Positions 49,037 to 59,027 are shown, numbered from the stretch's first letter. The stretch: 64,000 nt of DNA from Candidatus Nanopelagicales bacterium (GCA_046330715.1 JAXLSG010000007.1:96629-160628); one strand, 5' to 3'. Program-made: numbers and translations. Notes: generated by a model not told the origin, from the sequence alone.

Positions 49037-50761
49037 GTGCCCCAGCTGCGCGTCGCCCTCGCCCAGATCAACCCCTGCGTCGGCGACCTCGCCGGCAACT
49101 CCGACCTCGTCGTGGCACGCGTGCACGAGGCCGTCGACGCGGGCGCCCACCTCGTGGCGTTCCCGGAGATGGTGCTCACCGGCTACCCCGTCGAGGACCT
49201 CGCGCTGCGGCCGTCGTTCCAGGCGGCGAGCCGCGCCGCGATCGACGCGCTGGCCGTGCGGCTCGAGGCCGAGGGCCTCGGCGCGGCGACCGTGGTCGTG
49301 GGCTACCTCGACCGGCTCGAGGACGGCGTCGACACGCTCGGCCGTCCCCGCGGCGGCCCCCAGAACGCCGCCGCCGTGATCTCGGGCGGCCGCGTCGTCG
49401 CGCGCTACGCCAAGCACCACCTGCCCAACTACGGCGTCTTCGACGAGTACCGCTACTTCGTGCCGGGCAGCTCGACCACGGTCGTGCGCGTGCACGGCGT
49501 CGACGTCGCCCTCGCGATCTGCGAGGACCTCTGGCAGGACGGCGGACCGGTCGCCCAGGTGCGCGACTCCGGCGCCGCGCTCCTCGTGGTGATCAACGGG
49601 TCGCCCTACGAGCGCAACAAGGACGACGTGCGCCTCGCGCTGTGCGCGCGCCGCGCGCAGGAGGCCGGCGCGGTGCTGGCCTACGTCAACATGGTCGGCG
49701 GCCAGGACGAGCTCGTGTTCGACGGCGACTCGATCGTCGTCGACACGGCGGGCGAGGTCGTGGCGCGCGCCCCGCAGTTCGAGGAGGCGCTGCTCGTCGT
49801 CGACCTCGGCCTGCCCATGGCCGATCCCGCCACGAGCCGCTCGGTCGCGTCGATCGGCTTCCCGGTCCCGGCGTACGACGCCGCGCCGTCGACGATCGAG
49901 CCGCGGATCCCGGACGAGGCGGAGGTCTGGAGCGCGCTGGTCCTCGGCCTGCGCGACTACATCCGCAAGAACGGCTTCCGGTCGGTCGTCCTCGGTCTCT
50001 CGGGCGGCATCGACTCCGCGGTCGTCGCGGCCATCGCCGTCGACGCCCTCGGCGCCGAGAACGTGCACGGCGTCTCGCTCCCGAGCGCGTACTCGTCCGA
50101 GCACAGCAAGGGCGACGCGTCCGACATGGCGGAGCGCACCGGCCTGCAGTTCCGCACCGTGCCGATCGCGCCGATGGTCGACGCGTTCCAGGCGAGCCTC
50201 GGGCTCACCGGGCTCGCGGAGGAGAACCTGCAGGCGCGCGTGCGCGGCGTCACCCTCATGGGCATCTCCAACCAGGAGGGCCACCTGGTGCTCGCCACCG
50301 GCAACAAGAGCGAGCTCTCGGTCGGCTACTCCACGATCTACGGCGACGCGGTCGGCGGGTTCGCCCCGATCAAGGACGTGCCCAAGGTCGACGTGTGGCG
50401 GCTCGCGCGCTGGCGCAACGAGGTGGCGGAGTCGCGCGGCGAGACGCCGCCCATCCCGCCCAACAGCATCGAGAAGCCGCCGTCGGCCGAGCTGCGCCCG
50501 GGCCAGCTCGACACCGACTCGCTGCCCGACTACGCCGTGCTCGACGACCTGCTCGACGACTACGTCGAGAACGACCGCGGGGCGTCCGAGCTCGTCGCCG
50601 ACGGCTTCGACCGCGCGCTCGTCGAGCGCGTGCTGCGCCTCACCGACGTCGCCGAGTACAAGCGCCGCCAGTACCCGCCGGGCACGAAGATCTCGGTCAA
50701 GGGCTTCGGCCGCGACCGCCGCCTCCCGATCACGAACCGCTGGCGCGAGACCGCCGACTAG
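49037..50761 (+). CDS. nadE: Glutamine-dependent NAD+ synthetase
   Basis: Nitrilase domain (FPE, KHHLPNY, ICEDLW) plus GLSGGIDS, TGNKSE, PSAELRP. Confidence 0.96.
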   Translation: MPQLRVALAQINPCVGDLAGNSDLVVARVHEAVDAGAHLVAFPEMVLTGYPVEDLALRPSFQAASRAAIDALAVRLEAEGLGAATVVVGYLDRLEDGVDTLGRPRGGPQNAAAVISGGRVVARYAKHHLPNYGVFDEYRYFVPGSSTTVVRVHGVDVALAICEDLWQDGGPVAQVRDSGAALLVVINGSPYERNKDDVRLALCARRAQEAGAVLAYVNMVGGQDELVFDGDSIVVDTAGEVVARAPQFEEALLVVDLGLPMADPATSRSVASIGFPVPAYDAAPSTIEPRIPDEAEVWSALVLGLRDYIRKNGFRSVVLGLSGGIDSAVVAAIAVDALGAENVHGVSLPSAYSSEHSKGDASDMAERTGLQFRTVPIAPMVDAFQASLGLTGLAEENLQARVRGVTLMGISNQEGHLVLATGNKSELSVGYSTIYGDAVGGFAPIKDVPKVDVWRLARWRNEVAESRGETPPIPPNSIEKPPSAELRPGQLDTDSLPDYAVLDDLLDDYVENDRGASELVADGFDRALVERVLRLTDVAEYKRRQYPPGTKISVKGFGRDRRLPITNRWRETAD

Positions 50762-51345
50762 TCCGGCCGCCGTTCCAGCACCTGCTTCATCCGCGCGAGC
50801 GTCTCGTCCATCCCCCGCTCGAGATCGGCCAGCCGAGCAGCCACGTACTCCGGGGCGTTGTCGGGATCCTGCTCGGCGCCACCCCGCAGTCCGCTGAGGC
50901 CGTCGGGCTCGTGGCGGAAGCGCTGGACGATGCGGACGCCGCCGTCGCGCGGCGCCAGCTCGAAGGACCACCGGGTGGACGGCGTGCCGTCGTACCGGTC
51001 GCCCACAGCCCAGGCGAACAGACGTGGCGGCTCCCACCGCTCGACGACGCACGGCCGGACCCACTCGAAGGCGACGCCCGCGTCGGGGTCCTCGACGCGA
51101 TTGCGCCCCTCGAACCGGGAGCCGACTCCGACGCCCGCCGAGGCATCCAGCCAGCGCGCCTCGACGCACTCCGGGCTGAACTCCCCGATCCGGTCCACCG
51201 AGGAGACGAGAGCCCAGGCGTCGGACGGAGCGCACGCGACGTCGATCGCGCGCTCCGCGTGCATCGCACCGAACAGCGCGTCGAGGGAGTGGTCGGGCTC
51301 GGGGCGCGGCCCGTAGGTCCCCCACACCGACAGCTCGGTACGCAT
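50758..51345 (-). CDS. SRPBCC/polyketide cyclase-family protein
   Basis: AWALVS..IGEFSPEC, GSRFEGRN, TRWSFEL, GMDETLARMK. Confidence 0.85.
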   Translation of the reverse strand: MRTELSVWGTYGPRPEPDHSLDALFGAMHAERAIDVACAPSDAWALVSSVDRIGEFSPECVEARWLDASAGVGVGSRFEGRNRVEDPDAGVAFEWVRPCVVERWEPPRLFAWAVGDRYDGTPSTRWSFELAPRDGGVRIVQRFRHEPDGLSGLRGGAEQDPDNAPEYVAARLADLERGMDETLARMKQVLERRPD

Positions 51346-51383
51346 GCGCGGACCGTACCGGTCTCGCTGGTGCGGACGCCTCG

Positions 51384-51989
51384 CTAGCGGAGCACGGAGG
51401 CCAGGGCTGCGTCGACGAGCTCGACGGGGCCGCTGCCGGGCATCGGGTCGCGGCCCGCGGATCGCGTCTGGTTCGTGTAGACGCTCGTGCCGACGATCAT
51501 CGTGATGACGAGCTCGATGTCGGCGTCGCGCCGGATCTCGCCGGCGTCCATGCCTTCGCGCAGGACGCGACGGAACAGCTCGCGCCGCGGCTCGATGACC
51601 TCGTCGTAGAACGCCTCGAACAGCCGAGGGTTGGACTTCGCGTGGGCCAGCACGCGGTGGAACACCTGCCCGTTGGCCGAGGCGATGTAGGTGCTCCACC
51701 AGTGCTCGACGATGTGCACGAGCCGCTCGCGGACGGTGTCCCCCGGCACGACCTCCGGCCACGCGACCGCCAGCCCGCTCAGGCAGCCCACGACGAGATC
51801 GTCCTTGGTCTGGAAACGCCGGTAGATCGTCGCCTTGCTGACGCCGGCGCGCGCCGCGACCTCCTCGACCGAGAGGCCCGTGGGGCCGACCTCGGCGAGG
51901 AGCTCGAGCGCGGCGTCGAGGATCGCCCGGTCGGCGCGCTCGTCGCGCGGCCGACCGGGTCCCCTCGGACGGACGGTGGCGGTCGTCAT
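51384..51989 (-). CDS. TetR-family regulator
   Basis: GRPRD..AILDAALELL..SVEEVAARAGVSKATIYRR; ATGA overlap with the MFS gene. Confidence 0.93.
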   Translation of the reverse strand: MTTATVRPRGPGRPRDERADRAILDAALELLAEVGPTGLSVEEVAARAGVSKATIYRRFQTKDDLVVGCLSGLAVAWPEVVPGDTVRERLVHIVEHWWSTYIASANGQVFHRVLAHAKSNPRLFEAFYDEVIEPRRELFRRVLREGMDAGEIRRDADIELVITMIVGTSVYTNQTRSAGRDPMPGSGPVELVDAALASVLR

Positions 51990-53764
51990 GCCTTGTCGGG
52001 CTCCGGCTGGTACTCCTCGGCGGCCTCGCGGGCGTAGGAGTCCTCGAGCTCGCCCGCGGCCTCGTCGGCCTCGGCGCGCGTGTGGGCGTCGGTGATGTGC
52101 GAGTGGCCCTCGCCCTCGGTCTGCGGACGACCCTGCGGACCGTGCGCACCCTTCTGCGGCGGCGTGATGTGCGGCAGACCGAGCACGAGGATGAGCAGCG
52201 CGATGAGCGCGAGGCCGGCCGACACCAGCGTGGTGACGTGGGAGGCGTCGAGGAACGCCGTGAAGGCGTTGTTCTTCACCGCGTCGGCGATCGACGACGG
52301 CAGCCCCTGCGTGACGGCCCGCTGCAGCACCTCGACGGTCGCGATGATCGAGTTCGACATCGCGTCCTTGGCCTCGCTCGGGAACTGCGTGGGCAGCTGG
52401 TCGAGCGCCGGGCTGAGGTTCTTGGCGTACTGGTTGGCGAGCAGGGTGCCGATGACGGCGACGCCGAGCGCGCCTCCGACCTGGCGCACGGTGTTCTGCA
52501 CGGCCGAGCCGGCACCGGCGCGAGCGAGCGGCAGCACGTTCTGCATCACCGTCGATGCGGGCGCCATGACGTTGCCCATGCCGAAGCCGAAGAAGAAGAT
52601 CAGCAGGATCAGCCACAGCGGCGTGTCGAGGTGCAGCGAGAACGAGAGCACCAGCAGCGACAGCGTGACGATAGCCATGCCGGTCGCCATCACCTTGCGG
52701 TAGCCGAAGCGGTTGACCATCCCGGCGCTGCGCGGCGCCGCGAGGATCTGGCCGACCGCGAACGGCAGGAAGCACAGGCCGGCCGTGAGCGTGGAGTAGC
52801 CGCGCAGCGTCTGCAGGAAGAACGGCAGCGTGAAGGTGATGCCGTTCATCGCGAAGAACGCGAGCGTGACGACGGTGAGGCTCACGGTGTAGCCGCGGTT
52901 CTTGAACAGCGTCACGTCGAACGAGCGGTGGTCGCTGCGCGCCTCGGCGATCACGAAACCGGCGAGCACGAGCGCGCCGAGCGCCATCGGGATGAGCACG
53001 GACGGCGTGAGGAACGTGCGCTCGGACGAGGCGTGGATGATGCCGTAGACGAACAGCACGAGACCGATGAACGAGATGATCAGGCCCGGGATGTCGAGGG
53101 CCTGCGGGTGCGGGTTCTTCGTCTCCGGCACCACCATGAAGATGCCGACGAGGCCGATGATCACGATCGGCACGTTGATGAGGAAGACGCCGCCCCAGTC
53201 GTTGTTGGTGAGCCACGACGTCCACTGCGGGTTCTCCAGCAGCAGTCCGCCGAGCACCGGGCCGAGGGCCACGGCGCCGCCGACCGCACCGGCCCACATG
53301 CCGATCGCCTTGCCGCGCTCGTGCGGCGGGAAGACGACGGTGATGACCGCGAGGGTGACCGGGAGGACCGCCGCGCCGCCGATGCCCATGAGTCCGCGGA
53401 ACAGGATCAGCTGCTGCGGGGACGTCGCGAACGCGCACAGCGCCGAGGCCAGCGCGAAGACGACCAGGCCGATGACGAGGATCCGCTTGCGGCCGTACTT
53501 GTCGCCCAGGACTCCCCAGGTGAACAGCAGCGCGGCGAACACGAGGATGTAGGAGTCGACGGCCCAGAGCAGCTCGCTCGCGTCGGCGTTGAGGTCGCGC
53601 TGGATGGTCGGCAGCGCGATGTTGAGGATCGTGTTGTCGAGGACGACGACGAGCAGGCTCGTGACGAGCACGCCGAGGATCGCCCAGCGGCGCGGGTGGC
53701 CCGCGCCCGAGGTCTGCCAGCCGGCGGTCGGCGCGTCGTGCCTGCTCGCGGTGGGGTCGGACAT
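51986..53764 (-). CDS. DHA2 (EmrB/QacA) MFS efflux pump
   Basis: LDNTILNIALP, GDKYGRKR, GPVLGG, FLINVP, RQVGGALG; GAAGG RBS. Confidence 0.93.
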   Translation of the reverse strand: MSDPTASRHDAPTAGWQTSGAGHPRRWAILGVLVTSLLVVVLDNTILNIALPTIQRDLNADASELLWAVDSYILVFAALLFTWGVLGDKYGRKRILVIGLVVFALASALCAFATSPQQLILFRGLMGIGGAAVLPVTLAVITVVFPPHERGKAIGMWAGAVGGAVALGPVLGGLLLENPQWTSWLTNNDWGGVFLINVPIVIIGLVGIFMVVPETKNPHPQALDIPGLIISFIGLVLFVYGIIHASSERTFLTPSVLIPMALGALVLAGFVIAEARSDHRSFDVTLFKNRGYTVSLTVVTLAFFAMNGITFTLPFFLQTLRGYSTLTAGLCFLPFAVGQILAAPRSAGMVNRFGYRKVMATGMAIVTLSLLVLSFSLHLDTPLWLILLIFFFGFGMGNVMAPASTVMQNVLPLARAGAGSAVQNTVRQVGGALGVAVIGTLLANQYAKNLSPALDQLPTQFPSEAKDAMSNSIIATVEVLQRAVTQGLPSSIADAVKNNAFTAFLDASHVTTLVSAGLALIALLILVLGLPHITPPQKGAHGPQGRPQTEGEGHSHITDAHTRAEADEAAGELEDSYAREAAEEYQPEPDKA

Positions 53765-53802
53765 GTGCGGGCCTTCCGAGCGGAGGTGAGGGTCGCCTAA
53801 TG

Positions 53803-53825
53803 CGAAACGCCACCGTACCGTATCG
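53803..53825. promoter_or_regulatory. Probable TetR operator of the MFS-TetR operon
   Basis: Imperfect dyad CGAAACG-N9-CGTATCG about 40 bp upstream of the MFS start. Confidence 0.55.
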
Positions 53826-53967
53826 ATTCCTCCTCGGCCACCCGCTCCCACCTCCCTCCCGCCCGCCGGGTCGTCCCGCGTCCGTGCTTCGCAGGAGGGG
53901 CGTGCTCGTGCCACCATGGAGGCGCACCGGGTACCCCGTTCGGGGACTCGAGTCGATGGAGGTCCTC

Positions 53968-54819
53968 ATGACCAGCTCGTCCCCGCACGCCCCCGAGCCC
54001 CTGTACGGCGGCTCCCCCACCGGGCGGCGCGTCTCCGTCACCGATCTGTCCGACGCCAAGAGGCGCGGCGAGAAGTGGCCCATGATCACGGCGTACGACG
54101 CCCTCACGGCGCGCGTCTTCGACGAGGCCGGCATCCCCGTGCTCCTCGTCGGCGACTCCGCCGCGATGGTCGTCTACGGCTACGACTCGACGATCCCCGT
54201 CACCGTCGACGACATGCTGCCGCTCACCGGCGCCGTCGTCCGCGGCTCGACGCGGGCGATGGTCGTCGCCGACCTGCCGTTCGCGTCGTACCAGTCCTCG
54301 CCCGCGCAGGCGCTCGAGACGAGCGCGCGGTTCATGAAGGAGGCCGGCGCCCACGCGGTCAAGCTCGAGGGCGGCGCCCGGGTGCTGCCGCAGGTCGAGC
54401 TGCTCGCGTCGTCCGGCGTACCGGTCATGGCGCACCTCGGTCTCACGCCGCAGTCGGTGCACTCCTTCGGCGGCTACAAGGTCCAGGGCCGCGGCGAGGA
54501 CGGCGTGAAGCTGCTGCAGGACGCCAAGGCGCTGCAGTCGGCGGGCGCGTTCGCCGTCGTGCTCGAGGTCGTGCCCGCCGACCTCGCGGCCGCGGTCACG
54601 GCGTCGCTCGAGATCCCCACCATCGGGATCGGCGCGGGCGGCGGCACCGACGCGCAGGTCATCGTGTGGCAGGACATGGCCGGCCTCACGCCCGGACGCA
54701 CGGCGAAGTTCGTCAAGAAGTACGCCGACGTGGGCGGTGTGCTGCGCGACGCCGCGCAGTCGTGGGCCGCCGACGTCGTCAGCGGCGCCTACCCCGCCAC
54801 CGAGCACACCTACGAGTAG
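53968..54819 (+). CDS. panB: 3-methyl-2-oxobutanoate hydroxymethyltransferase
   Basis: MITAYD, LLVGDS, VADLPF, VKLEGG, HLGLTPQ, IGIGAG; GGAGG RBS. Confidence 0.97.
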   Translation: MTSSSPHAPEPLYGGSPTGRRVSVTDLSDAKRRGEKWPMITAYDALTARVFDEAGIPVLLVGDSAAMVVYGYDSTIPVTVDDMLPLTGAVVRGSTRAMVVADLPFASYQSSPAQALETSARFMKEAGAHAVKLEGGARVLPQVELLASSGVPVMAHLGLTPQSVHSFGGYKVQGRGEDGVKLLQDAKALQSAGAFAVVLEVVPADLAAAVTASLEIPTIGIGAGGGTDAQVIVWQDMAGLTPGRTAKFVKKYADVGGVLRDAAQSWAADVVSGAYPATEHTYE

Positions 54820-54857
54820 CCGTACGCGCGCAGGTCCGCCCCGGGCCTGCGCGCGTC

Positions 54858-55364
54858 CTACTTCATGAAGGTCTTGACGGCGATGATCGCGACGCCGAGC
54901 AGGCCCGCGATCGCCGTCGACGCCCAAAGCCGCCAGCCGGCGAGCGAGCTCTGCTTGCTCATGCGGTAGCCGACGACGAGCAGCAGCACGGTGTTCACGA
55001 CGAGCGCGACGTCGACGGCGCGCGCGTCCTCGACCTTGAGCAGCGCCTCCACGAGCAGCACCACCGCGGGCACCGCGGAGGCGGACACGAGCGGCCAGCC
55101 GTCGAGCAGGATGTGGCGCCGCTCCTGCGCGGTGAGGCTGCGCTGCAGCAGCTCGCGCGCAGCGATCCAGTGCACGTAGGTCTCCGACGCCCAGTAGATG
55201 ACCAGCGTCGCGAACATCGCGACGACGACGCGGCTGATCCGGTAGGACTCCGACGCGGCGGCCAGCACGGCACCCGACACGATGAGGCCGTAGAGGTACG
55301 ACGCCCGTCGCCGGTGGAGGTCGGGCGCCTGGTGCGGCTGCGCGTGCGGCACGGCGTCAGACAT
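54858..55364 (-). CDS. Hypothetical membrane protein
   Basis: About 5 hydrophobic helices; YLYGLIV..AVLAA, VIYWASETY. Confidence 0.78.
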   Translation of the reverse strand: MSDAVPHAQPHQAPDLHRRRASYLYGLIVSGAVLAAASESYRISRVVVAMFATLVIYWASETYVHWIAARELLQRSLTAQERRHILLDGWPLVSASAVPAVVLLVEALLKVEDARAVDVALVVNTVLLLVVGYRMSKQSSLAGWRLWASTAIAGLLGVAIIAVKTFMK

Positions 55365-56061
55365 CGGTGACGCGGACCCCGGCGTGCACCTTGTAGCGGC
55401 GGTTGACCGAGATCAGGTTCGCCGTCATCGCCTCGACCTGACGCGCGTTGCGCAAGCGGCCGGCGTAGATGCCGCGCATCCCCGGGATGCGCCCGGCGAG
55501 GGCCTGCACGGTGTCGGTGGCGTCGCGGTCGTCGCCGAGCACGAGGATGTCGGTGTCGAGCGACTCGACCGAGTCGTCGAGCAGCAGCACCGCCGACACG
55601 TGGTGGAAGGCGCCCACGACGCGCGAGCCCGGGAGCACCGCCGCCGCCTGCTGCACGGCCGAGCCCTCCGCGACGTCGAGCGCGAACGCGCCCTGCTTGT
55701 CGAAGCCGAGCGGGTTGACGCAGTCGACGACGACCTTGCCCTCGAGGTCGGCAGCCAGCGACACGAGCAGGTCGCGGTGGCCGTCCCACGGCACGGCGAC
55801 GATGACGAGGTCGGACCGCGCGGCGCAGCCGGCGTTGTCGAGGCCCTGCACGCCGTGCCCGAGCTCGGCGGCCGCGGCCTCGGCGCGCTCGGCCGAGCGC
55901 GACCCCACGATCACCTGCTGACCGGCGACCGAGAGGCGGTGCGCGAGCCCGCGCCCCTGCTCGCCCGTGCCGCCGAGGACGCCCACCACGAGGCCCGACA
56001 CGTCGGGCAGGTCGTACGCCGAACGGGGTACAGCGCCCTGCGGCGCGCCGTTGTCGCTCAT
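55357..56061 (-). CDS. npdG: NADPH-dependent F420 reductase
   Basis: VLGGTGEQGRGLA, GSR, VAVPW, DCVNPL, AFHHVSA, VEAMTANLI. Confidence 0.92.
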   Translation of the reverse strand: MSDNGAPQGAVPRSAYDLPDVSGLVVGVLGGTGEQGRGLAHRLSVAGQQVIVGSRSAERAEAAAAELGHGVQGLDNAGCAARSDLVIVAVPWDGHRDLLVSLAADLEGKVVVDCVNPLGFDKQGAFALDVAEGSAVQQAAAVLPGSRVVGAFHHVSAVLLLDDSVESLDTDILVLGDDRDATDTVQALAGRIPGMRGIYAGRLRNARQVEAMTANLISVNRRYKVHAGVRVTDV

Positions 56062-56107
56062 GACCGCATCCAACCAGCAGCGCGCGGCGTGGGGCACGAT
56101 GGGGGCC

Positions 56108-56809
56108 GTGGACCCGTCACGCGTGAACCTGCTCCGCGAGGTGCTCTCGAGCACCGGATGGGTCGACCGCACCCGCGGCTTCGCGCGCTCGCTGCGCCGG
56201 TCCACCGACAACGGCGAGGGCCTGCTCCTCGTCGGTACGCCGACCCAGGAGCCGTGGCACCTCGCCGCGCACCTCGACGACGAGTCGCGGTACGCCGGGA
56301 TCCCGACCCTGTCCCCCACCCTCGTGCGCTGGGCGCCGCCGCCCGGCGCTCCCGCGCACCTCGCGGTCGGGCTCGAGCGGCTCGAGGACGCGCGGCGCGG
56401 CGAGACGCTCTTCGTCGTCGCGCCCGACGACCCCACCGAGCAGCTGCTCGAGCGGCTCGCCGACGCCCGGCGCTCCGGCGCGACGCTCCTTGCCATCGAC
56501 GCGGGCGACTCCGACCTCGCCGACCTCGCGCACGACGAGATCGTGGTGCCGCAGCGCGGCCTCGCGGCACCGGGCGAGCCCTCAGGCCTCGCGGTACCGC
56601 TCGACATCGCCGGCATCACCGACGTCGACCTCTCGATGCCCGACGTCTCGTTCGACACGGTGCAGCACCTCGTGTCCGCGGCCGCGGGCGACCCCACCAC
56701 GCTCTGGACCCCGCGCTCGGCCGCGCGCGTCGAGAAGCGCGGCCTGCGCGACCGACTCGCGAAGGCGCTCGACAGCATCCAGGGGCAGTCGGCGTCGCAC
56801 GACTGGTGA
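56108..56809 (+). CDS. Conserved actinobacterial hypothetical protein (SIS-like)
   Basis: LLLVGTP..EPWHLAAHL..PTLVRW, FDTVQHLVSAAAG; divergent from npdG. Confidence 0.8.
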   Translation: MDPSRVNLLREVLSSTGWVDRTRGFARSLRRSTDNGEGLLLVGTPTQEPWHLAAHLDDESRYAGIPTLSPTLVRWAPPPGAPAHLAVGLERLEDARRGETLFVVAPDDPTEQLLERLADARRSGATLLAIDAGDSDLADLAHDEIVVPQRGLAAPGEPSGLAVPLDIAGITDVDLSMPDVSFDTVQHLVSAAAGDPTTLWTPRSAARVEKRGLRDRLAKALDSIQGQSASHDW

Positions 56810-56882
56810 GCGTGCGGCACGACGCGCCGCCCCGCGAAACCGTGATGACGTCCCGCACGCACCAGCAGCACACTGGCGCCTC

Positions 56883-58160
56883 GTGAGCTCCTGGCGCATC
56901 GACGTCTCCCCGCTGCGCACCTCGCGCGACTTCCGGCTGCTGTTCGGCGCAGGCGTCGTCACGTTCCTCGGCTCGATGTTCACGATGGTCGCGGTGCCGC
57001 TGCAGGCGCAGCAGATCACCGGGTCGTTCGTCGCCGTCGGCCTGCTGTCGCTCGTCGAGCTGCTGCCCGTCGTGGTGTTCGGCCTCTGGGGCGGCGCGCT
57101 CGCCGACCACATGGACCGGCGGCTGATGATCCTCGGCGCCGAGGTGGGTTCGCTGCTGTGCTCGGTGGCGCTGCTCGTCAACGCGCTCTCGCCGAGCCCG
57201 CAGCTGTGGGTGCTCTACGTCGTCGGCGCGGGTGCGGCGACGTGCGACGCCCTGCAGCGGCCGTCGCTCGAGGCGCTCGTGCCGCAGACCGTCGCGGAGG
57301 CGCAGCTCGCGGGAGCCGCAGCGCTGATGTCGCTGCGGTGGAGCGTCGGCTTCATCCTCGGCACGTCGATCGCCGGCCTCGTCGCCGGCACGTTCGGCGT
57401 GGCGACGGCGTACGCCATCGACGTCACGTCGTTCGTGATCTCGGTGGTGCTGCTGCTCGGGCTGCGGTCGCGCGGACGCGTGAAGGACGAGGGGACGCCG
57501 GGCCTCTCGGCGATCGGCGAGTCGTTGTCCTACGCGTGGAGCCGCAAGGACCTGCTCGGCACCTACGCGATCGACACCCTCGCGATGCTGCTCGCGTTCC
57601 CCTCGGCCGTCTTCCCCTTCGTGGCCGAGCGGTACGACGCGCCCTGGGCGCTCGGGCTGCTCTACGCAGCCGAGGCGGTCGGCTCCACCGTCGCGTCGCT
57701 CACGAGCGGATGGACGTCGCGCATCCATCGTCACGGCAGGGCGATCGTGGTCGCCGCGACGTTGTACGGGCTCGCGATCGCAGCGTTCGGCATGGCGCCG
57801 AACCTCGCTGTCGCACTCGTGTTCCTGGCCCTCGCCGGCGCCTCCGACATGGTGAGCGGGCTGTTCCGCATGCTCGTGTGGAACTCGTCGATCCCGACGT
57901 CGTTGCGCGGTCGCATGGCCGGTGTGGAGCTGTTGTCGTACTCCATCGGTCCGCAGCTCGGCAGTGCGCGCGTCAGCCTCGTTGCACAGGCTCGAGGTCT
58001 TGCGTTCTCCATCACCACCGGCGGAATCCTGTGCGCCGCAGGCGTTCTCGCGCTCGCCGCTGCGCTGCCGTCGTTGTGGGGCTACGACGTTCGCACGTCG
58101 CCGCACGTCGCAGAGGTTCGACGCGAACGCGCGGACTCGACTGATACGCACGACATCTGA
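56883..58160 (+). CDS. MFS transporter (EntS-like)
   Basis: DVSPLR..RDFRLL, GGALADHMDRR, LRGRMAG. Confidence 0.9.
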   Translation: MSSWRIDVSPLRTSRDFRLLFGAGVVTFLGSMFTMVAVPLQAQQITGSFVAVGLLSLVELLPVVVFGLWGGALADHMDRRLMILGAEVGSLLCSVALLVNALSPSPQLWVLYVVGAGAATCDALQRPSLEALVPQTVAEAQLAGAAALMSLRWSVGFILGTSIAGLVAGTFGVATAYAIDVTSFVISVVLLLGLRSRGRVKDEGTPGLSAIGESLSYAWSRKDLLGTYAIDTLAMLLAFPSAVFPFVAERYDAPWALGLLYAAEAVGSTVASLTSGWTSRIHRHGRAIVVAATLYGLAIAAFGMAPNLAVALVFLALAGASDMVSGLFRMLVWNSSIPTSLRGRMAGVELLSYSIGPQLGSARVSLVAQARGLAFSITTGGILCAAGVLALAAALPSLWGYDVRTSPHVAEVRRERADSTDTHDI

Positions 58161-58308
58161 CACCATTGCTCCTGCGTGACTGCGATACCACGAGCGCGAC
58201 ACGAAGACGTCGTACGACGCGAACGTCCGACAACTTTCTGCCGCGCTCTGTCACAGTTCGATAGAAGGCTTCCGGCATCAAGGCCGGAGGACGACTCAGG
58301 GAGGCACC

Positions 58309-58719
58309 GTGGCGGTCGCTAAGAAGGCGCCTGCGAAGAAGGCCCCGGCCAAGAAGGCTGCGGCGAAGAAGGCCCCGGCCAAGAAGGCTGCGGCGAAGAA
58401 GGCCCCCGCCAAGAAGGCGGCGGCGAAGAAGGCTCCGGCCCGCAAGGCTGCGGCGAAGAAGGCCCCGGCCAAGAAGGCTGCTGCCAAGAAGGCCCCGGCG
58501 AAGAAGGCTGCGGCGAAGAAGGCCCCGGCCAAGAAGGCTGCTGCCAAGAAGGCTCCGGCCCGCAAGGCCGCCGCCAAGAAGGCGCCGGCGAAGAAGGCTC
58601 CGGCCAAGAAGGCTGCTGCCAAGAAGGCTCCGGCCCGCAAGGCTGCTGCCAAGAAGGCTCCGGCCCGCAAGGCGCCGGCGAAGAAGGCCCCCGCGCGTCG
58701 CGCGGCGAAGAAGGCCTGA
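58309..58719 (+). CDS. Histone H1-like PAKK-repeat protein
   Basis: 136 aa made almost entirely of [15 protein letters not shown] units; GGGAGG RBS and its own terminator. Confidence 0.85.
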   Translation: MAVAKKAPAKKAPAKKAAAKKAPAKKAAAKKAPAKKAAAKKAPARKAAAKKAPAKKAAAKKAPAKKAAAKKAPAKKAAAKKAPARKAAAKKAPAKKAPAKKAAAKKAPARKAAAKKAPARKAPAKKAPARRAAKKA

Positions 58720-58734
58720 CCTTCGTCAGATCGC

Positions 58735-58770
58735 ACGAGAGCCCGGCACCGCGAGGTGCCGGGCTCTCGT
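58735..58770. terminator. Intrinsic terminator
   Basis: ACGAGAGCCCGGCACC-GCGA-GGTGCCGGGCTCTCGT, a perfect 16-bp stem. Confidence 0.85.
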
Positions 58771-58788
58771 CGTTCGTGGGACGTCGTG

Positions 58789-58959
58789 TCAGTCGTCGTC
58801 CTCGGCGTCGAACGCCTCGGTGCGCGCGTGCATGCGGCCGAGCGCGCCCTCGGCCTCCTCGCGCGAGGCGTACGGGCCGAGCCGCTCGGAGTTGGGGTCG
58901 CCGAGACCCTGCTCGACCTGCTGGGTGCGCAGGTTGAACCACCAGTCGCCGTCGCTCAT
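58789..58959 (-). CDS. Small conserved actinobacterial protein
   Basis: [30 protein letters not shown]; GGAGGAG RBS; this type of gene is usually next to map. Confidence 0.8.
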   Translation of the reverse strand: MSDGDWWFNLRTQQVEQGLGDPNSERLGPYASREEAEGALGRMHARTEAFDAEDDD

Positions 58960-59027
58960 GAGTGCTCCTCCTCCACCGGGCAGTCGGCCGAGTGCCGCAC
59001 CTGCCGCCTGCTCGTAGACTCGCACAC

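Noticed and set aside
58296-58736. Antisense hydrophobic 146-aa ORF ([10 protein letters not shown] repeats)
   Set aside because: Mirror of the PAKK repeat gene; the RBS and terminator support the + strand.
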